From Planctomycetota bacterium (GTDB taxonomy: Bacteria; Planctomycetota; PLA2; JAEUHO01), in assembly GCA_050248855.1 (NCBI GenBank), contig JBFWRP010000029.1, positions 1 to 57,132 on the forward strand: a stretch of 57,132 bases of DNA. The letters are read 5' to 3'. Position 1 is the stretch's first letter; the number at the start of each line of letters is the position of its first letter. The notes below the pieces were generated by a model. It made no database searches. It saw only the letters and a list, made by a program, of their open reading frames with translations, and was not told where the DNA came from. Below are positions 19,420-29,843 of the stretch, piece after piece. Made by a program: the position numbers and the translations under genes.

Positions 19420-20682
19420 CTAGTTCCTCGTGCGCATCCAGCGCCAGATCTCCTTCAAGGAGGGAGGCTGGCCGTAGAGCAGGACGCCGGTGCGGAACAC
19501 GCGGGCGGCAACGCGCATCGCGATCCACGTGCTGACGGCCAGCAGGGCGAGGCTGGCCGGGATCTGCCACATCGGGGGCTCGGGAACACTGGCGACCCGC
19601 GCCATCATCAGGAACGGCGTGAACGGCGGGATGAAGGACAACACCGTGGCCAGCTGCCCGTTGGGGTCGCGCAGCACGATCATGGCCAGGAAGATCGGCA
19701 AGGCGAGCAGGGCCGAGATCGGCGCCATCAGGTTCTGCGCTTCCTTCAGCGTGTTGCACGCGCTGCCGACGGCGACCATGAGGCTGGCGATCATCAGGAA
19801 GCCGAGCACGTAGTAGGCGAGCAACAAGCCGATCTGACGCCCCGACACGAGATCGCCCGCGCCTCCGAGCATGGAAGCCAGCACGCCACCACCGCTCCAG
19901 ACGACCAGCAGGGTGAACCCGACGCCGCAAATGCCGAAGATCTTGCCCGTCATCAGCTGGTGCGGCGAGACGCTGCTCAAGAGCACCTCGTAGACGCGGT
20001 TGGACTTCTCCTCCAAGGTGCTCGACACGAGCATCTGGCTGATGCCGACGATGCCCATGAACAGCAACATGATGAACAGGTAGGGCAGGATGGCCGAGGT
20101 CGGGGCCCCCTCCTCGCCACGCTCGTCGACGGGCACGTAGGTCACGGCAGGTCGCGCCAGTCGCTCCAGGATGTCGTTGCCGATGCCCTCGCGCTCGGCG
20201 ATCTGCATGTTGACGACCTCGTTGACCATGGCCGCCAGCGAGGGGCCGCGGAACGCATCGTCGCTGCTGCGGCTGGCCCCGATCACCTCGCTGGCCCGTT
20301 CGCCACGGTCGGGCTTGGCCTTCTTCTCCAGGGCCGCCTGCGTGAGCACGATGGCGTAGAGCTGGCCGGCCCCTGCCTTGATGCGCAGCTCGTCGACGCG
20401 GCTCAGGTTGGCCGCGTCCTTCTTCCACGGGTCTTCGTCGGTCTCGATCTCGACCTCGAAGCCACCGGCGGCGCGAATGCGCTCGGCCAGAGGCTCGGCC
20501 AGCACCCCCGTGGCGTCGACGATCACGACGGGCTTGGCCTCGGACGTGGCGCCGCGCATCAGCTTGGGCACCACGAACACGAGGCCCATCCACAGCGGCG
20601 TCAGCACGATGCCGATGAGGAACGCCTTGGTGCGGACGTTCTCCAGGTACTCGCGCCGGGCGATGTCCAGCACGCGGCTCAT
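19420..20682 (-). CDS. ABC-2 type (NatB-like) permease
   Basis: IARREY..VRTKAF, EEKSNRVYEVLLSS, GKIFG, IPPFTP, FRTGVLLYG. Confidence 0.92.
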   Translation of the reverse strand: MSRVLDIARREYLENVRTKAFLIGIVLTPLWMGLVFVVPKLMRGATSEAKPVVIVDATGVLAEPLAERIRAAGGFEVEIETDEDPWKKDAANLSRVDELRIKAGAGQLYAIVLTQAALEKKAKPDRGERASEVIGASRSSDDAFRGPSLAAMVNEVVNMQIAEREGIGNDILERLARPAVTYVPVDERGEEGAPTSAILPYLFIMLLFMGIVGISQMLVSSTLEEKSNRVYEVLLSSVSPHQLMTGKIFGICGVGFTLLVVWSGGGVLASMLGGAGDLVSGRQIGLLLAYYVLGFLMIASLMVAVGSACNTLKEAQNLMAPISALLALPIFLAMIVLRDPNGQLATVLSFIPPFTPFLMMARVASVPEPPMWQIPASLALLAVSTWIAMRVAARVFRTGVLLYGQPPSLKEIWRWMRTRN

Positions 20683-21599
20683 GCGGCATCGGCCTCGGCT
20701 GCGATGCGCTTGAAGATCTCGTGGAGGCTCGGCTCCTTGCGCTCGAAGCGCCGCACCTCGGCACGTTCGAGCAGGCTCCGCAGCAGCGGCTCCGTGGCGG
20801 CGTCCGGGGCCAGCTGCAGCTCGGCCTCCTGGCCCATGGCCGCCACGGACACCACGCCCGGCAGGTCGTCCAGCGTGGCGCCCGGGCGCAGCCGGTAGGC
20901 CACGTGCACGGCTTCCCGTCCCTGCTGGCGGCGCACTTCGTCGAGGCTCCCGGAGAGTCGCACGCGACCGCGGTGGATCATGACCAGGCGGTCGCAAAGC
21001 TGCTCGGCCTGCTCCATGACGTGGGTCGAGAACAGCACGGTCGTGCCCTCGCGGTGCAGATCCAGTACCGCGTCGCGCAGCACGTCGCGGTTGACGGGGT
21101 CCAAGCCGGCGAAGGGCTCGTCGAGCACGAGGAGCTCGGGTGCGTGCAGCACCGTGACGACGAACTGCAGCTTCTGGCTCATGCCCTTGCTGAGCTCTTC
21201 CACGCGGCGGTCGCGCCAGCCGGCGATGCCCATCCGCTCGAGCCAGCTGTCGATACGCGGCGCAAGCCAGGCTTGCTCGCGGCCCTTGATGCGGCCGAAG
21301 AACGCGAGCATCTCGCGCACGCGCATCTTCTTGTAGAGCCCGCGCTCCTCGGGGAGATAGCCCACGCGGGGCTTCATGGCCTCGTCCATCGTCTGGCCAA
21401 GCACCTCGACCCGCCCGCTGTCGGGCTTGAAGATGTTCATCAGCATGCGGATCGACGTGGTCTTGCCCGCGCCGTTGCTGCCCAGCAGGCCGAAGAGGCT
21501 GCCCCGCGCGACTTCGAACGAGATGCCCTTGACGGCCTCGAACTCGCCAAAGCGCTTGCGGACGTCGTCGAAGCGCACGGCGGGGCCGACCATGGACAT
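20679..21599 (-). CDS. ABC transporter ATP-binding protein (NatA-like, DUF4162 tail)
   Basis: GSNGAGKT, LSKGMSQK, LDEPFAGLD, EPSLHEIF. Confidence 0.94.
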   Translation of the reverse strand: MSMVGPAVRFDDVRKRFGEFEAVKGISFEVARGSLFGLLGSNGAGKTTSIRMLMNIFKPDSGRVEVLGQTMDEAMKPRVGYLPEERGLYKKMRVREMLAFFGRIKGREQAWLAPRIDSWLERMGIAGWRDRRVEELSKGMSQKLQFVVTVLHAPELLVLDEPFAGLDPVNRDVLRDAVLDLHREGTTVLFSTHVMEQAEQLCDRLVMIHRGRVRLSGSLDEVRRQQGREAVHVAYRLRPGATLDDLPGVVSVAAMGQEAELQLAPDAATEPLLRSLLERAEVRRFERKEPSLHEIFKRIAAEADAA

Positions 21600-21609
21600 G
21601 GGCCGGATG

Positions 21610-22551
21610 CTACCGGTCGGAGGGCGGACCCTCGCGCCGAATCGTGCCCCGCAGGCGCCCGTGCTCGACGACCTCGTCGCGTCCCTGGCGGGTGCGCTTG
21701 ATCGTCTTCAGCTCGAACGAGACGGGACGCCCCGTGCGCGCCGCGATGCGCGCGGTGCCCTCGAGGTCCTCGAGGAAGCGGATGGGTGCCTGCGGGTCGG
21801 CGCCCGGACGCTCCATCGACGTGCGGATCGCACCCGACACCACGACGACGGCGTCCTCGCCGTTGCCTTCGATGGCTTCGACGCGGAAGGCGCCGCTGCG
21901 CCACGGACCATCGGGCGGCGCCGTCCAACCGGACGGGACCGCGTCGAGCGGACCTTCGACTTCACCAAGCGGCCACGCATCGCCGACATGGACCTCGCCC
22001 GGGGGGACCCAGGGCGCGCTCGCGCCGATGCCCAGACCGTCCAAGCGCTCGATGCCCTGCTGGAGCACTGCGTTCTGGCTGTTGGGCCACAGCAGCATCG
22101 GCTTGCGCCGCGACGAGCGGTCGACCGAGCCCGCCAACCGCGCGCCGTCCGCGCCGCTGCCGGCGAAGACGACCTTGCCGTCTTCTTCGTAGCCGATGGC
22201 CAGCCGGGCGCGCAGCGGACGCTCTCGATCGTCCAGCGCCGTCGTCGTCTCGAGCAGGGTCCAGCGCGCGCTGCGCGACGTCTCGCGCACGGCGCCGACG
22301 GCGGGTCGCTCCTCGACGGTGATGGCGGCGTCCAGGCGCGCCTCGTAGCGCTCGCCGACCTCGCCCCACCAGTGGACGGTGACGGCCTCGCCCCGCGGCG
22401 ACGACGTGGGTGGCTGGATCGCGTCCGGCCAGGACGCCGCCTCCTGGAGCGAAGCCGTGCGGGTCGGTTCCTCGCCGCAGCTGCCGACGGCGACCAGCAG
22501 GGCAAGCGCCGCTGCGCACCGCGCGCCCGCGAGGAGTCGCCGCGAGCTCAC
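21610..22551 (-). CDS. Hypothetical lipoprotein
   Basis: Signal peptide with VGSC lipobox. 4-nt overlap with the upstream gene. Confidence 0.6.
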   Translation of the reverse strand: MSSRRLLAGARCAAALALLVAVGSCGEEPTRTASLQEAASWPDAIQPPTSSPRGEAVTVHWWGEVGERYEARLDAAITVEERPAVGAVRETSRSARWTLLETTTALDDRERPLRARLAIGYEEDGKVVFAGSGADGARLAGSVDRSSRRKPMLLWPNSQNAVLQQGIERLDGLGIGASAPWVPPGEVHVGDAWPLGEVEGPLDAVPSGWTAPPDGPWRSGAFRVEAIEGNGEDAVVVVSGAIRTSMERPGADPQAPIRFLEDLEGTARIAARTGRPVSFELKTIKRTRQGRDEVVEHGRLRGTIRREGPPSDR

Positions 22552-23504
22552 GCGGGCAGGGCCTGCTCGAGGACGCGCAGCCAGCTGCGACCAAGGATCC
22601 TGGCCACGGCGTCGTCGTTGTAGCCGCGCTGCAGCAGGAGCTCGCCGATGCGCGGCAGGTCCGCGACGCTGCGGATGCCCTCGGGGGCGTCGTCCGTCGT
22701 GAAGCCGCCATCGAGGTCGGAGCCCAAGCCCACGTGGTCGGGACCCACGAGGCCCACGATGTGGTCCACGTGGCGCACCACGGTCTCGAGGTCCACGCGG
22801 CCCTCGCCCAGGAAGGGGCGGTAGAGCACGATGCCGACCAGCCCGTCGCGGTCGGCGATGGCGCGGATCTGCGCGTCGGAGAGGTTGCGCCGATGGGCGT
22901 GCACGGCCGCCGCGTTGCTATGGGAGGCCACGACGAGCCCGCGGTGGCAGGCCAACACGGAGTCGAACGCGGCCGGCGTGAGGTGGCTCAAGTCGGGCAC
23001 CACGCCGAGCTTGCCCATCTCCTCGACGAGAGCCACGCCGTCTGCGGTGAGTCCGCTGCCGTCCTCGACACCACCGCACCAGCGGTTGGGCGTGTTCCAC
23101 GCGGGGGCCACGATCCGCACGCCGCGATCGACCCACCGCGAGAGCTCGCGCACGCTGCGGATCGGGTCCGCGCCCTCCATCAGGTGCACGATCCCGATGG
23201 GGCCGCCGGGGGCGCACAGCGACAGGTCGCCGCGGCTCTCCAGCCGGAAGACTTCCTCGGCGTGGCGATGCAGCAGCTCGTCGTACCAGCGCAGCTGCTT
23301 CTCGGCCGTCTCGGTGGGGCTGCCGTTCCCGCCGTGACCTTGCGGCGCGAAGATCGTGGCCAGGATCACCGCCAGCCCGCCGCGCCGCGCGTCGGCCAAG
23401 GAAAGGGCACGGCCCGCGGGCGCCGGCGCCGCGAAGTCGCGGGTCGGGTCTTCGAGCAAGGACATGGCGATGTCCTGGTGCCCGTCCACGATGAGCCAGC
23501 CCAT
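22548..23504 (-). CDS. Membrane dipeptidase (peptidase M19)
   Basis: DGHQD, MEGAD, DLSH, ASHSN, RRNLSD, GLGSDLDGG. Confidence 0.93.
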   Translation of the reverse strand: MGWLIVDGHQDIAMSLLEDPTRDFAAPAPAGRALSLADARRGGLAVILATIFAPQGHGGNGSPTETAEKQLRWYDELLHRHAEEVFRLESRGDLSLCAPGGPIGIVHLMEGADPIRSVRELSRWVDRGVRIVAPAWNTPNRWCGGVEDGSGLTADGVALVEEMGKLGVVPDLSHLTPAAFDSVLACHRGLVVASHSNAAAVHAHRRNLSDAQIRAIADRDGLVGIVLYRPFLGEGRVDLETVVRHVDHIVGLVGPDHVGLGSDLDGGFTTDDAPEGIRSVADLPRIGELLLQRGYNDDAVARILGRSWLRVLEQALPA

Positions 23505-23645
23505 GGGAATCCTCGTCTCCTGCCGGTGCGTCCGTACGTGCCCCTGGGCCCGCCGCGGCAGGTGGAGCCGCGGCCTTCGGGGTCCCGGGAGCGGAGGGCG
23601 GGCATTGTGGTCCAGGGCCCCCGGCCAGGGAAGGAGGCAGCCACG

Positions 23646-24335
23646 ATGAGCCCCCCGCGGCCGGCGATTCCGGCAGCCCTCGGTCCCGACCCGGCGGGCC
23701 ACACGTGGTCGTGGCGGGCCCTGCCCGCGCCCGGGCGCCCCGACTTCGGCGTCTACGTGCACGACGACCCCGACGCCCTCCTCGAGGCGCTGGCCGCCGA
23801 CCCCGAGGCGCGCGAGGAGCGCCTGCCCTACTTCGCGAGTCTCTGGCCCGCCGGGGCCGCCCTGGCGCGCCACCTTCTGGAGGGGCCCGATCTCTGCGGC
23901 GTGGCGGTGCTCGACCTGGGGTGCGGCTCGGGCGTCGTCGGCCTCGCCGCCGCCTGCCGGGGGGCTGCGGTCACGCTGCTGGACCGGGACGAGCGGAGCG
24001 CCTTCGGCGTGGCGGGAAGCGCCCGCGTGCTCGGGCTCGAGAGCGTGACCTTCGTCGCGGGCGACTGGGCCGCGGCGCTGCCGGGCCGGCGCTTCCTGCG
24101 CGTGCTGGCCGCCGACGTGCTCTACGAGCCGGCCTTCGCCGCCGCGCTGGCCCGGGCGCTGGCCCGCCTGCTGGCTCCCGAGGGCGAGGCGTGGGTCGCC
24201 GACCCCGGGCGCCGCCACGCCGACGCGCTCGACGCCGAGGCCTCGTGCGTGGGTCTCGCGGCCCTGTCCCCGGTCCACCTGCCCGGGCCGGGTGGCATCG
24301 ACGTGCTGCTCCGCCGCTACCGTGGCGCGCGATGA
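23646..24335 (+). CDS. Class I SAM methyltransferase (Methyltransf_16-like)
   Basis: LPYFASLWP, VLDLGCGSG, AADVLYE, ADPGR. Confidence 0.88.
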   Translation: MSPPRPAIPAALGPDPAGHTWSWRALPAPGRPDFGVYVHDDPDALLEALAADPEAREERLPYFASLWPAGAALARHLLEGPDLCGVAVLDLGCGSGVVGLAAACRGAAVTLLDRDERSAFGVAGSARVLGLESVTFVAGDWAAALPGRRFLRVLAADVLYEPAFAAALARALARLLAPEGEAWVADPGRRHADALDAEASCVGLAALSPVHLPGPGGIDVLLRRYRGAR

Positions 24336-25018
24336 GCCCCGGTCCCTCGCACGAGACGCCGATCCTGCTGCTGCTGCCGGAGCGCACACCGCTGGCGACG
24401 GGGCTGGCCGCGGTGCTCGATCGTCCCGAAGTGCGGCAGGTCGCGTGGCCGTCGCCCTGGCACCTCGACGAACACGGCCTGGATCTCTGCCTCGCGCGGC
24501 CCGACGTGGCCAGCATCGACCGGTCGACGTTGCAGCAGGCCGTGGAGGCCTGGCTCGAGCTGGCGCGGCCGGAAGCGCTCGAGGCCCACGTGCAGCGGCA
24601 GTGGCAGGCCGTGGACGACCGCGTCCGCGACTACTACCTCGGCCGCAGCGCGCTCGCCGTCCTGGCCGGCGCGTTCCGGATGGGCCGGGCGCTGCGCACC
24701 CATGCGCCGCCGCCCGCGTTCCGCCGCGACCGCGTCTTCGAGGCCGCGGTCCCCTTCGCCTACCGCCTCGCCCGCGCCGACGGCCCGCACGACCCACGCG
24801 CGCCCGCCGAAGAGGCCACGCTCTCGTTCCATCCGTACGACCCGGAGGGCGTGGAGGCGCGCAACGAAGCGGGCCTGGACGCAGGCCGGGGGCCGGTCCT
24901 CGAGATCTACGCCTATGCCTCGGGCCGCCGCCGGCACCTCGAGCTGGCCCAGGCCGTCGCCCGCGACCACGCCGGCTGGCGCGTCGTCGATGTCGGCGGC
25001 CACGTCGAGCGCAGCTGA
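24332..25018 (+). CDS. Hypothetical protein
   Basis: ATGA overlap with the methyltransferase and a plausible globular sequence. Confidence 0.6.
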   Translation: MSPGPSHETPILLLLPERTPLATGLAAVLDRPEVRQVAWPSPWHLDEHGLDLCLARPDVASIDRSTLQQAVEAWLELARPEALEAHVQRQWQAVDDRVRDYYLGRSALAVLAGAFRMGRALRTHAPPPAFRRDRVFEAAVPFAYRLARADGPHDPRAPAEEATLSFHPYDPEGVEARNEAGLDAGRGPVLEIYAYASGRRRHLELAQAVARDHAGWRVVDVGGHVERS

Positions 25019-25032
25019 CGCCGTTCCCTGCG

Positions 25033-26832
25033 CTACGGCAGGACCACCAGGCAGGCCGGCGCGCCGTCGGGGGCATCGAACGGACCGAAGACCTGGCCGC
25101 GCTGTGCATCGACGCCCAGGTCGAAGCGGTCCAACGCGATCTCGAGCGTCGAGCCTCTCCATGCGACCTCCGCCGCCGGCAGGTCGAGACCCAGACCGAC
25201 GAGCATCGAACGCGTGGGGCTCTTGATGGACACGTGCTTGGCCGCAGCATCGATCGCGATGCGCAAGCTGGCATCGTCGAGGGCGAGCGTGCGCGGCCCG
25301 GCCTCGGGTGCAGACCGGACGGCGACGAAGAGGCGGCGCCCGTCGGACAGCACCCAGGTGTCGTCCGCGCCCGGCCACGCCACGGCGTGGGCCCAGGCCG
25401 GCTCGCCCAGCTGACCGTCCACGGTCGGCGACAGCGGCACGATGGGCACGAGGACGGTGCGCACGCCGTTGCAGCGCGCGAGCGCGCTACGCAGGCCCGA
25501 GCGCCATGGGGCGCCACCGGGAACGGGGTAGCTGGCGAGGATGTTGCCCAAGCGGACGAGCGCGTTGTCGCGCAGCCGCGATCCCGCGCCGAGAGGCTGG
25601 GCGAGGACCTCGTCCGGATCCGGCGGCGGGGCGCCGTCCCACGCGGTCTCCAAGAGCGGCACGGCGGCGACGAACGCCCCCGTGACCAGGATGCCCCGTG
25701 CGTCCGTGCGATCGCGAGGCAACCCGGGTGGCGGCAGGGGAACGAGCCGTTCGGAGGCCCAGGACGGCGCTGGCCACACCTCGTCGAGCACGATGTCGAC
25801 ATGGCTCCTGCGAGCCCGTGCGAGGACCTCCTCCTCGAGCGGGTCCACGCCGCGCGCGGGCACCAGCAACATCGCGCCGGGCAGGCGCGCGGCGAGACCC
25901 GCCTGGAGCACGCGCAGGCGCGAGGCCGCGTCCGGTAGCGCCACGACCACGTGCTCCAGCGGCCACGCGCCCAGCGCGTCCAGCAGGGGCGCCGGGTCGC
26001 CCGCGAAGTGGCGTGCGTCGACGAGCGCTTCGCCGATGCCGTGGTCGCGGGCAAGCGCCATGACCTCGGCCGTCACGCGGTCGAGCGTCGCGGGCGAGAC
26101 GTCGACGCGTACCACCACGGCGACGCCCGAGCCTTCGAGCGCCCGCACCGTGTCCGGGACGGCCGCTGTGGGCGCCACCACGCGGTTGACGTGGGCGCCG
26201 GCCAGGCGGAGGTGCATCCGTCGGAGCGTGCTGCGCGGGGGGCGAGGGCCCGCAAAGGTCGAGACGTCGCCGCGCCACGCGCGCCATGCGCGCACCGGGA
26301 GCACGTCGCGCCGTCCCGTGCGCACGCGCGTGCTGCCGCTCTCTGCTGGCATGCCCAGCTCGACCGTGCGCATCATGGGATCGAGGCGCTCGCGGTCGGC
26401 CACGACCTGCAGCTCGAAGCGAGCCGCCAGGAGCGCCGCCGCGTCGTCGGCGACCACCACGGCCACGGCACGCTCCCCGTCCTGCCACGCGGCGATCCGG
26501 TAGCCGCCCCGCAAGTCGTCGGTCGGCCGCCATACCCCCAGGGCCTCCACGACGTCCGCCGCCACGTCATCGCGCGTGGGCAGGGCCAGCACGAGCAGGG
26601 GGCCGTCAGCAGGCAGAGGCCAGGTGAGGGCGGCGGGCGTGCGGCCCTCGGGGAGATGGTCGACGAGTGCCGTGGGCACGTCGGGCGAGGCGAGGACGTG
26701 CGCGCCGGTCAGGTCGAGCCAGGGCGAGAGCGCCATCTCGCCATCGGCCCGCACGGGTGCCTGGGGCGACAGCACGACGACGAGGGCAACGAGCAGGGCG
26801 AAGCGCATGAACGCGAGTGTAGGAGCCGTCAT
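25033..26832 (-). CDS. Hypothetical exported protein
   Basis: Signal peptide. C-terminal 'PTVDGQLGEPAW' resembles the start of a CBM9-like domain. Confidence 0.6.
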   Translation of the reverse strand: MTAPTLAFMRFALLVALVVVLSPQAPVRADGEMALSPWLDLTGAHVLASPDVPTALVDHLPEGRTPAALTWPLPADGPLLVLALPTRDDVAADVVEALGVWRPTDDLRGGYRIAAWQDGERAVAVVVADDAAALLAARFELQVVADRERLDPMMRTVELGMPAESGSTRVRTGRRDVLPVRAWRAWRGDVSTFAGPRPPRSTLRRMHLRLAGAHVNRVVAPTAAVPDTVRALEGSGVAVVVRVDVSPATLDRVTAEVMALARDHGIGEALVDARHFAGDPAPLLDALGAWPLEHVVVALPDAASRLRVLQAGLAARLPGAMLLVPARGVDPLEEEVLARARRSHVDIVLDEVWPAPSWASERLVPLPPPGLPRDRTDARGILVTGAFVAAVPLLETAWDGAPPPDPDEVLAQPLGAGSRLRDNALVRLGNILASYPVPGGAPWRSGLRSALARCNGVRTVLVPIVPLSPTVDGQLGEPAWAHAVAWPGADDTWVLSDGRRLFVAVRSAPEAGPRTLALDDASLRIAIDAAAKHVSIKSPTRSMLVGLGLDLPAAEVAWRGSTLEIALDRFDLGVDAQRGQVFGPFDAPDGAPACLVVLP

Positions 26833-28016
26833 GCCTCCGCCGTGTCACCGCCGGCGTCCCCGCCGGCAGAAGGCGCGTCCCCGTGGCGCCAGCGGGCCAG
26901 TCGCGCGCGCAGCGCCAGCGGCCAGCGCGTCAGGAGGGTGGGGAGGATGCCCCGGCGCACGAAGTGCACGTGGACGTACTCGTAGGGGGTACAGCCCCAC
27001 CGCAGGCGGATGTCGTCGCAGCCGATCGTGTCGATGGCGTGCACGTCCTCGCGCTCGCACGCCCAGGCCACGGTTTCCGCCCACCGCACATGGCCGGGCG
27101 ACTCGCGCGCCACGTCCTCCGCGAAGGTGATCTTCTGGACGAACAGCGTGCCGGCGAACAGGACGCACAGCTCGCTGGCCACCGGGCGACCGGCCACCGT
27201 CGTCCAGCTCACCCGCAGCCACGAGCGGGCGGCCAGCCGGCGTCCCCAGGCGAGGTAGAACGCCTTGGCGTGTGCGTCGGTGGCGATGGCCGACGTGTCG
27301 CGACCCTTCCACGTCGCCGCTTCGAGGGCCAGGAAGGTCTCGAGCGACGCGAGGGCGGCCTCGCCTTCGTCCACGCGGTGTTCGAGCGCACCGAGCTCGC
27401 CGAGGCGCCGACGCGCCAGCTTGAGCCGCTGCCGCGACTTGCTGCTCAGCGATCTCCACGGCACGTCGAAGGGCGTGTCGGTGCCGAGACGTGCGCCTCG
27501 GAAGCGCGCCTTGCGGACGATGGGGGTCCAGCCCTTCAGCATCGCGCGGGCGAGCGTCTGGTGCAGCGGGTCGCCCTCGACCACCCCGAGGACGCTCGCG
27601 CGATGGGCCCGCCTGGCCAGGCCGCCGTCGAGCAGGGCGCCAAGGATCGCGCCCGGGTCCTCGTCGGGGTCCAGGACGGGGCCGCCGGTGAAGGTGTGGA
27701 GGTCGCTCGGGGGCACCACGTGGAGCGGCCAGCGGTGCCGCACCACGAAGGGCCACGCGCCGACGAGGCGCTCCCCGCGGCTGGCCAGGGCGACCTCGAA
27801 GGTGGGCGCGCCGGGCGGCCGCACCTCCAGCCAGGCGGCAACCCAGGAGCCGCTGCACATCGGCCGGCCGGGGGCCGCCCGCTCGGCCAGGGCATCCCAG
27901 TGCGAGATCCAGGGCTCCAGCTGCGCAAGATCGCGGACGCGCTGGACGACAAGGGATGAGGCGGTCCCTGCCCCGGCGACGGGCTGGACGGCCTTGGACT
28001 TCGGGGGTTGGATCAC
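26829..28016 (-). CDS. GNAT acetyltransferase, CelD/BcsL (Acetyltransf_6) family
   Basis: WDALA..P, LSSKSRQRL, FLALEAATWKG, SPG. Start uncertain (GTG 28016). Confidence 0.82.
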   Translation of the reverse strand: MIQPPKSKAVQPVAGAGTASSLVVQRVRDLAQLEPWISHWDALAERAAPGRPMCSGSWVAAWLEVRPPGAPTFEVALASRGERLVGAWPFVVRHRWPLHVVPPSDLHTFTGGPVLDPDEDPGAILGALLDGGLARRAHRASVLGVVEGDPLHQTLARAMLKGWTPIVRKARFRGARLGTDTPFDVPWRSLSSKSRQRLKLARRRLGELGALEHRVDEGEAALASLETFLALEAATWKGRDTSAIATDAHAKAFYLAWGRRLAARSWLRVSWTTVAGRPVASELCVLFAGTLFVQKITFAEDVARESPGHVRWAETVAWACEREDVHAIDTIGCDDIRLRWGCTPYEYVHVHFVRRGILPTLLTRWPLALRARLARWRHGDAPSAGGDAGGDTAEA

Positions 28017-28078
28017 CTCTGGCACCGCCCTCGCGCAGGACGGCCGGCCGGGTTCGCGACCGCCGGGAGACCTACGCC

Positions 28079-29011
28079 ATGCCCACGACGCAAACGATGC
28101 CTCACCTCGTGCCCGATGCCTCCGTTGGCGCGGCCCCTCCCCTGGACCGGCCGTTCCTGGTGGCGCATGACCTCGTCGGCCATCCGCTGCTGCGGATCGA
28201 CGCCCTGATCGAGCTGGCCCGCCGACTGCCCCCGAGCCAGCTCCAGTACAACCGCGGCGACCTCGACCCCTTCTTCGATCGTCGCAACGTCCCATCCAAC
28301 GGGCTGACGGCCGAGGAGACCCTGGCCGCGATCGAACGGTGCCGCTCGTGGATGGTGATCAAGCATGTCCAGACGGACCCCGACTACCGGGCCCTGGTGG
28401 ACGCCGTGCTGGACGCCGTTGAGCGGGACGTGTTCGGGGGGCGCATCGTCGACATGCACCAGCGCGAGGCCTACATCTTCGTGACCTCGCCGGGAAGCGT
28501 GACCCCGCTGCACATGGACCCCGAGCACAACGTGCTCTGGCAGATCCAGGGCTCGAAGACGATGACGGTGTGGGAGCCGGGGCGCCAAGACTTCCTCCCG
28601 GACCGCTTCCTGGAGGACTTCTACACCTCGCGCGCTCACGGGACGCTGCAGATCGAGCGCATCGACGCGCCGGGTCGGTCCTTCACGCTCCAGCCGGGCC
28701 AGGGCCTGCACGTGCCGCTCGAGTCGCCCCACTTCGTCCAGAACGGCGAGGCGGTGTCGATCTCGTTCAGCACGACGTGGCGTTCGGCGGCCTCGCGCCG
28801 CAAGGCCACGGTGCACCAGTTCAATGCCAAGGCGCGCCGCCTGGGCCTGCGCCCCGCGGTGTTCGGCCGCCATCCGTGGGCCGACGGCAGCAAGGCCGCC
28901 GTCATGCGGACGGGTCGGGCGCTGAAGCGGGTCCTCGGGCGCGGCGACGCCTCTCCCGGCGCGCGCGGCGAGCGCTACGGCTCCCCCGATGGTGGCGGGG
29001 GCATGCAGTAG
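28079..29011 (+). CDS. JmjC/cupin-like Fe(II)/2OG oxygenase
   Basis: SPGSVTPLHMDPEHN, QIQGSK, PHFVQNG, giving an HxD...H triad. Confidence 0.88.
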   Translation: MPTTQTMPHLVPDASVGAAPPLDRPFLVAHDLVGHPLLRIDALIELARRLPPSQLQYNRGDLDPFFDRRNVPSNGLTAEETLAAIERCRSWMVIKHVQTDPDYRALVDAVLDAVERDVFGGRIVDMHQREAYIFVTSPGSVTPLHMDPEHNVLWQIQGSKTMTVWEPGRQDFLPDRFLEDFYTSRAHGTLQIERIDAPGRSFTLQPGQGLHVPLESPHFVQNGEAVSISFSTTWRSAASRRKATVHQFNAKARRLGLRPAVFGRHPWADGSKAAVMRTGRALKRVLGRGDASPGARGERYGSPDGGGGMQ

Positions 29012-29037
29012 CGCGAGGACGCGTACACTTCTCCGCG

Positions 29038-29754
29038 ATGCGCACCCTCGGGCTGCTGATCGTGGGCGACGAGATCCTGGCGGGCGAAGTCCGCGACCGC
29101 AACGGTCCCTACCTGCTGGAGCAGGCGCGTGCGCTGGGCGTGCCGGTCGTCCTTGTCGCCACGGTGCCCGACGACGCCGAGGCCGTCGCCGAGGCCCTGG
29201 AGCTGCTTCGAGCGCGGGCCGTGACCGTCATCGTGTCCGGCGGCATCGGACCGACGCACGACGACGTGACCCGCCAGGCAGTCGCCGCCGTGATGGGCGT
29301 CGGCCTCGAGCGCCACGAGGAGGCCGAGCGGCGGCTGCGCGGTTTCTACGGCGAGGACGCGACCGAGGCCGATCTCTCCATGGCCGACCTGCCGGTCGGG
29401 GCGACGCTGGTCGAGGGACTGAGGACGTCGGCCTTCGGCTTCCAATGCGGCGAAGTCGTGGTGCTGCCGGGCGTGCCCGCGCTGTACGCCGACCTCGTGG
29501 ATGGGATGGCGGCGTCGTGGGGGGGGACGCCGCTGGCCCGCGCCGAGGTCAAGACCCCACACCGCGAGGGCGAGATCGCGGCCGTGCTGGCCCGCGTGCA
29601 GGACGAGGCCGCGGACGTCAGCATCGGCTCGTACCCGGAGCTGGAGGCCGGGCGCTGGCACGTCCGCGTCGTGGTGCGCGGCGCCGACGCCGATCGGGTC
29701 GAGGCCGTCCGCGCCCAGCTGGCCCTTGACTTGGCCCGGGCCCTCACCCTGTAG
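29038..29754 (+). CDS. CinA-like molybdopterin-binding domain protein
   Basis: VGDEILAG, GGIGPTHDDVT, LPGVP, IGSYP. Confidence 0.9.
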   Translation: MRTLGLLIVGDEILAGEVRDRNGPYLLEQARALGVPVVLVATVPDDAEAVAEALELLRARAVTVIVSGGIGPTHDDVTRQAVAAVMGVGLERHEEAERRLRGFYGEDATEADLSMADLPVGATLVEGLRTSAFGFQCGEVVVLPGVPALYADLVDGMAASWGGTPLARAEVKTPHREGEIAAVLARVQDEAADVSIGSYPELEAGRWHVRVVVRGADADRVEAVRAQLALDLARALTL

Positions 29755-29843
29755 CAGCGGAGGTAGGCGTTCAGGCCCCCCAGCACCGCACGAGAAGGGG
29801 CCCTGGAGATCAGCCGGCTTCAACCGGCTGCCTCCACGCATCG

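Noticed and set aside
22548..26054. 1168-aa fusion ending in the dipeptidase
   Set aside because: The upstream portion is Arg/Pro-rich shadow sequence overlapping three real genes. The dipeptidase starts at 23504.
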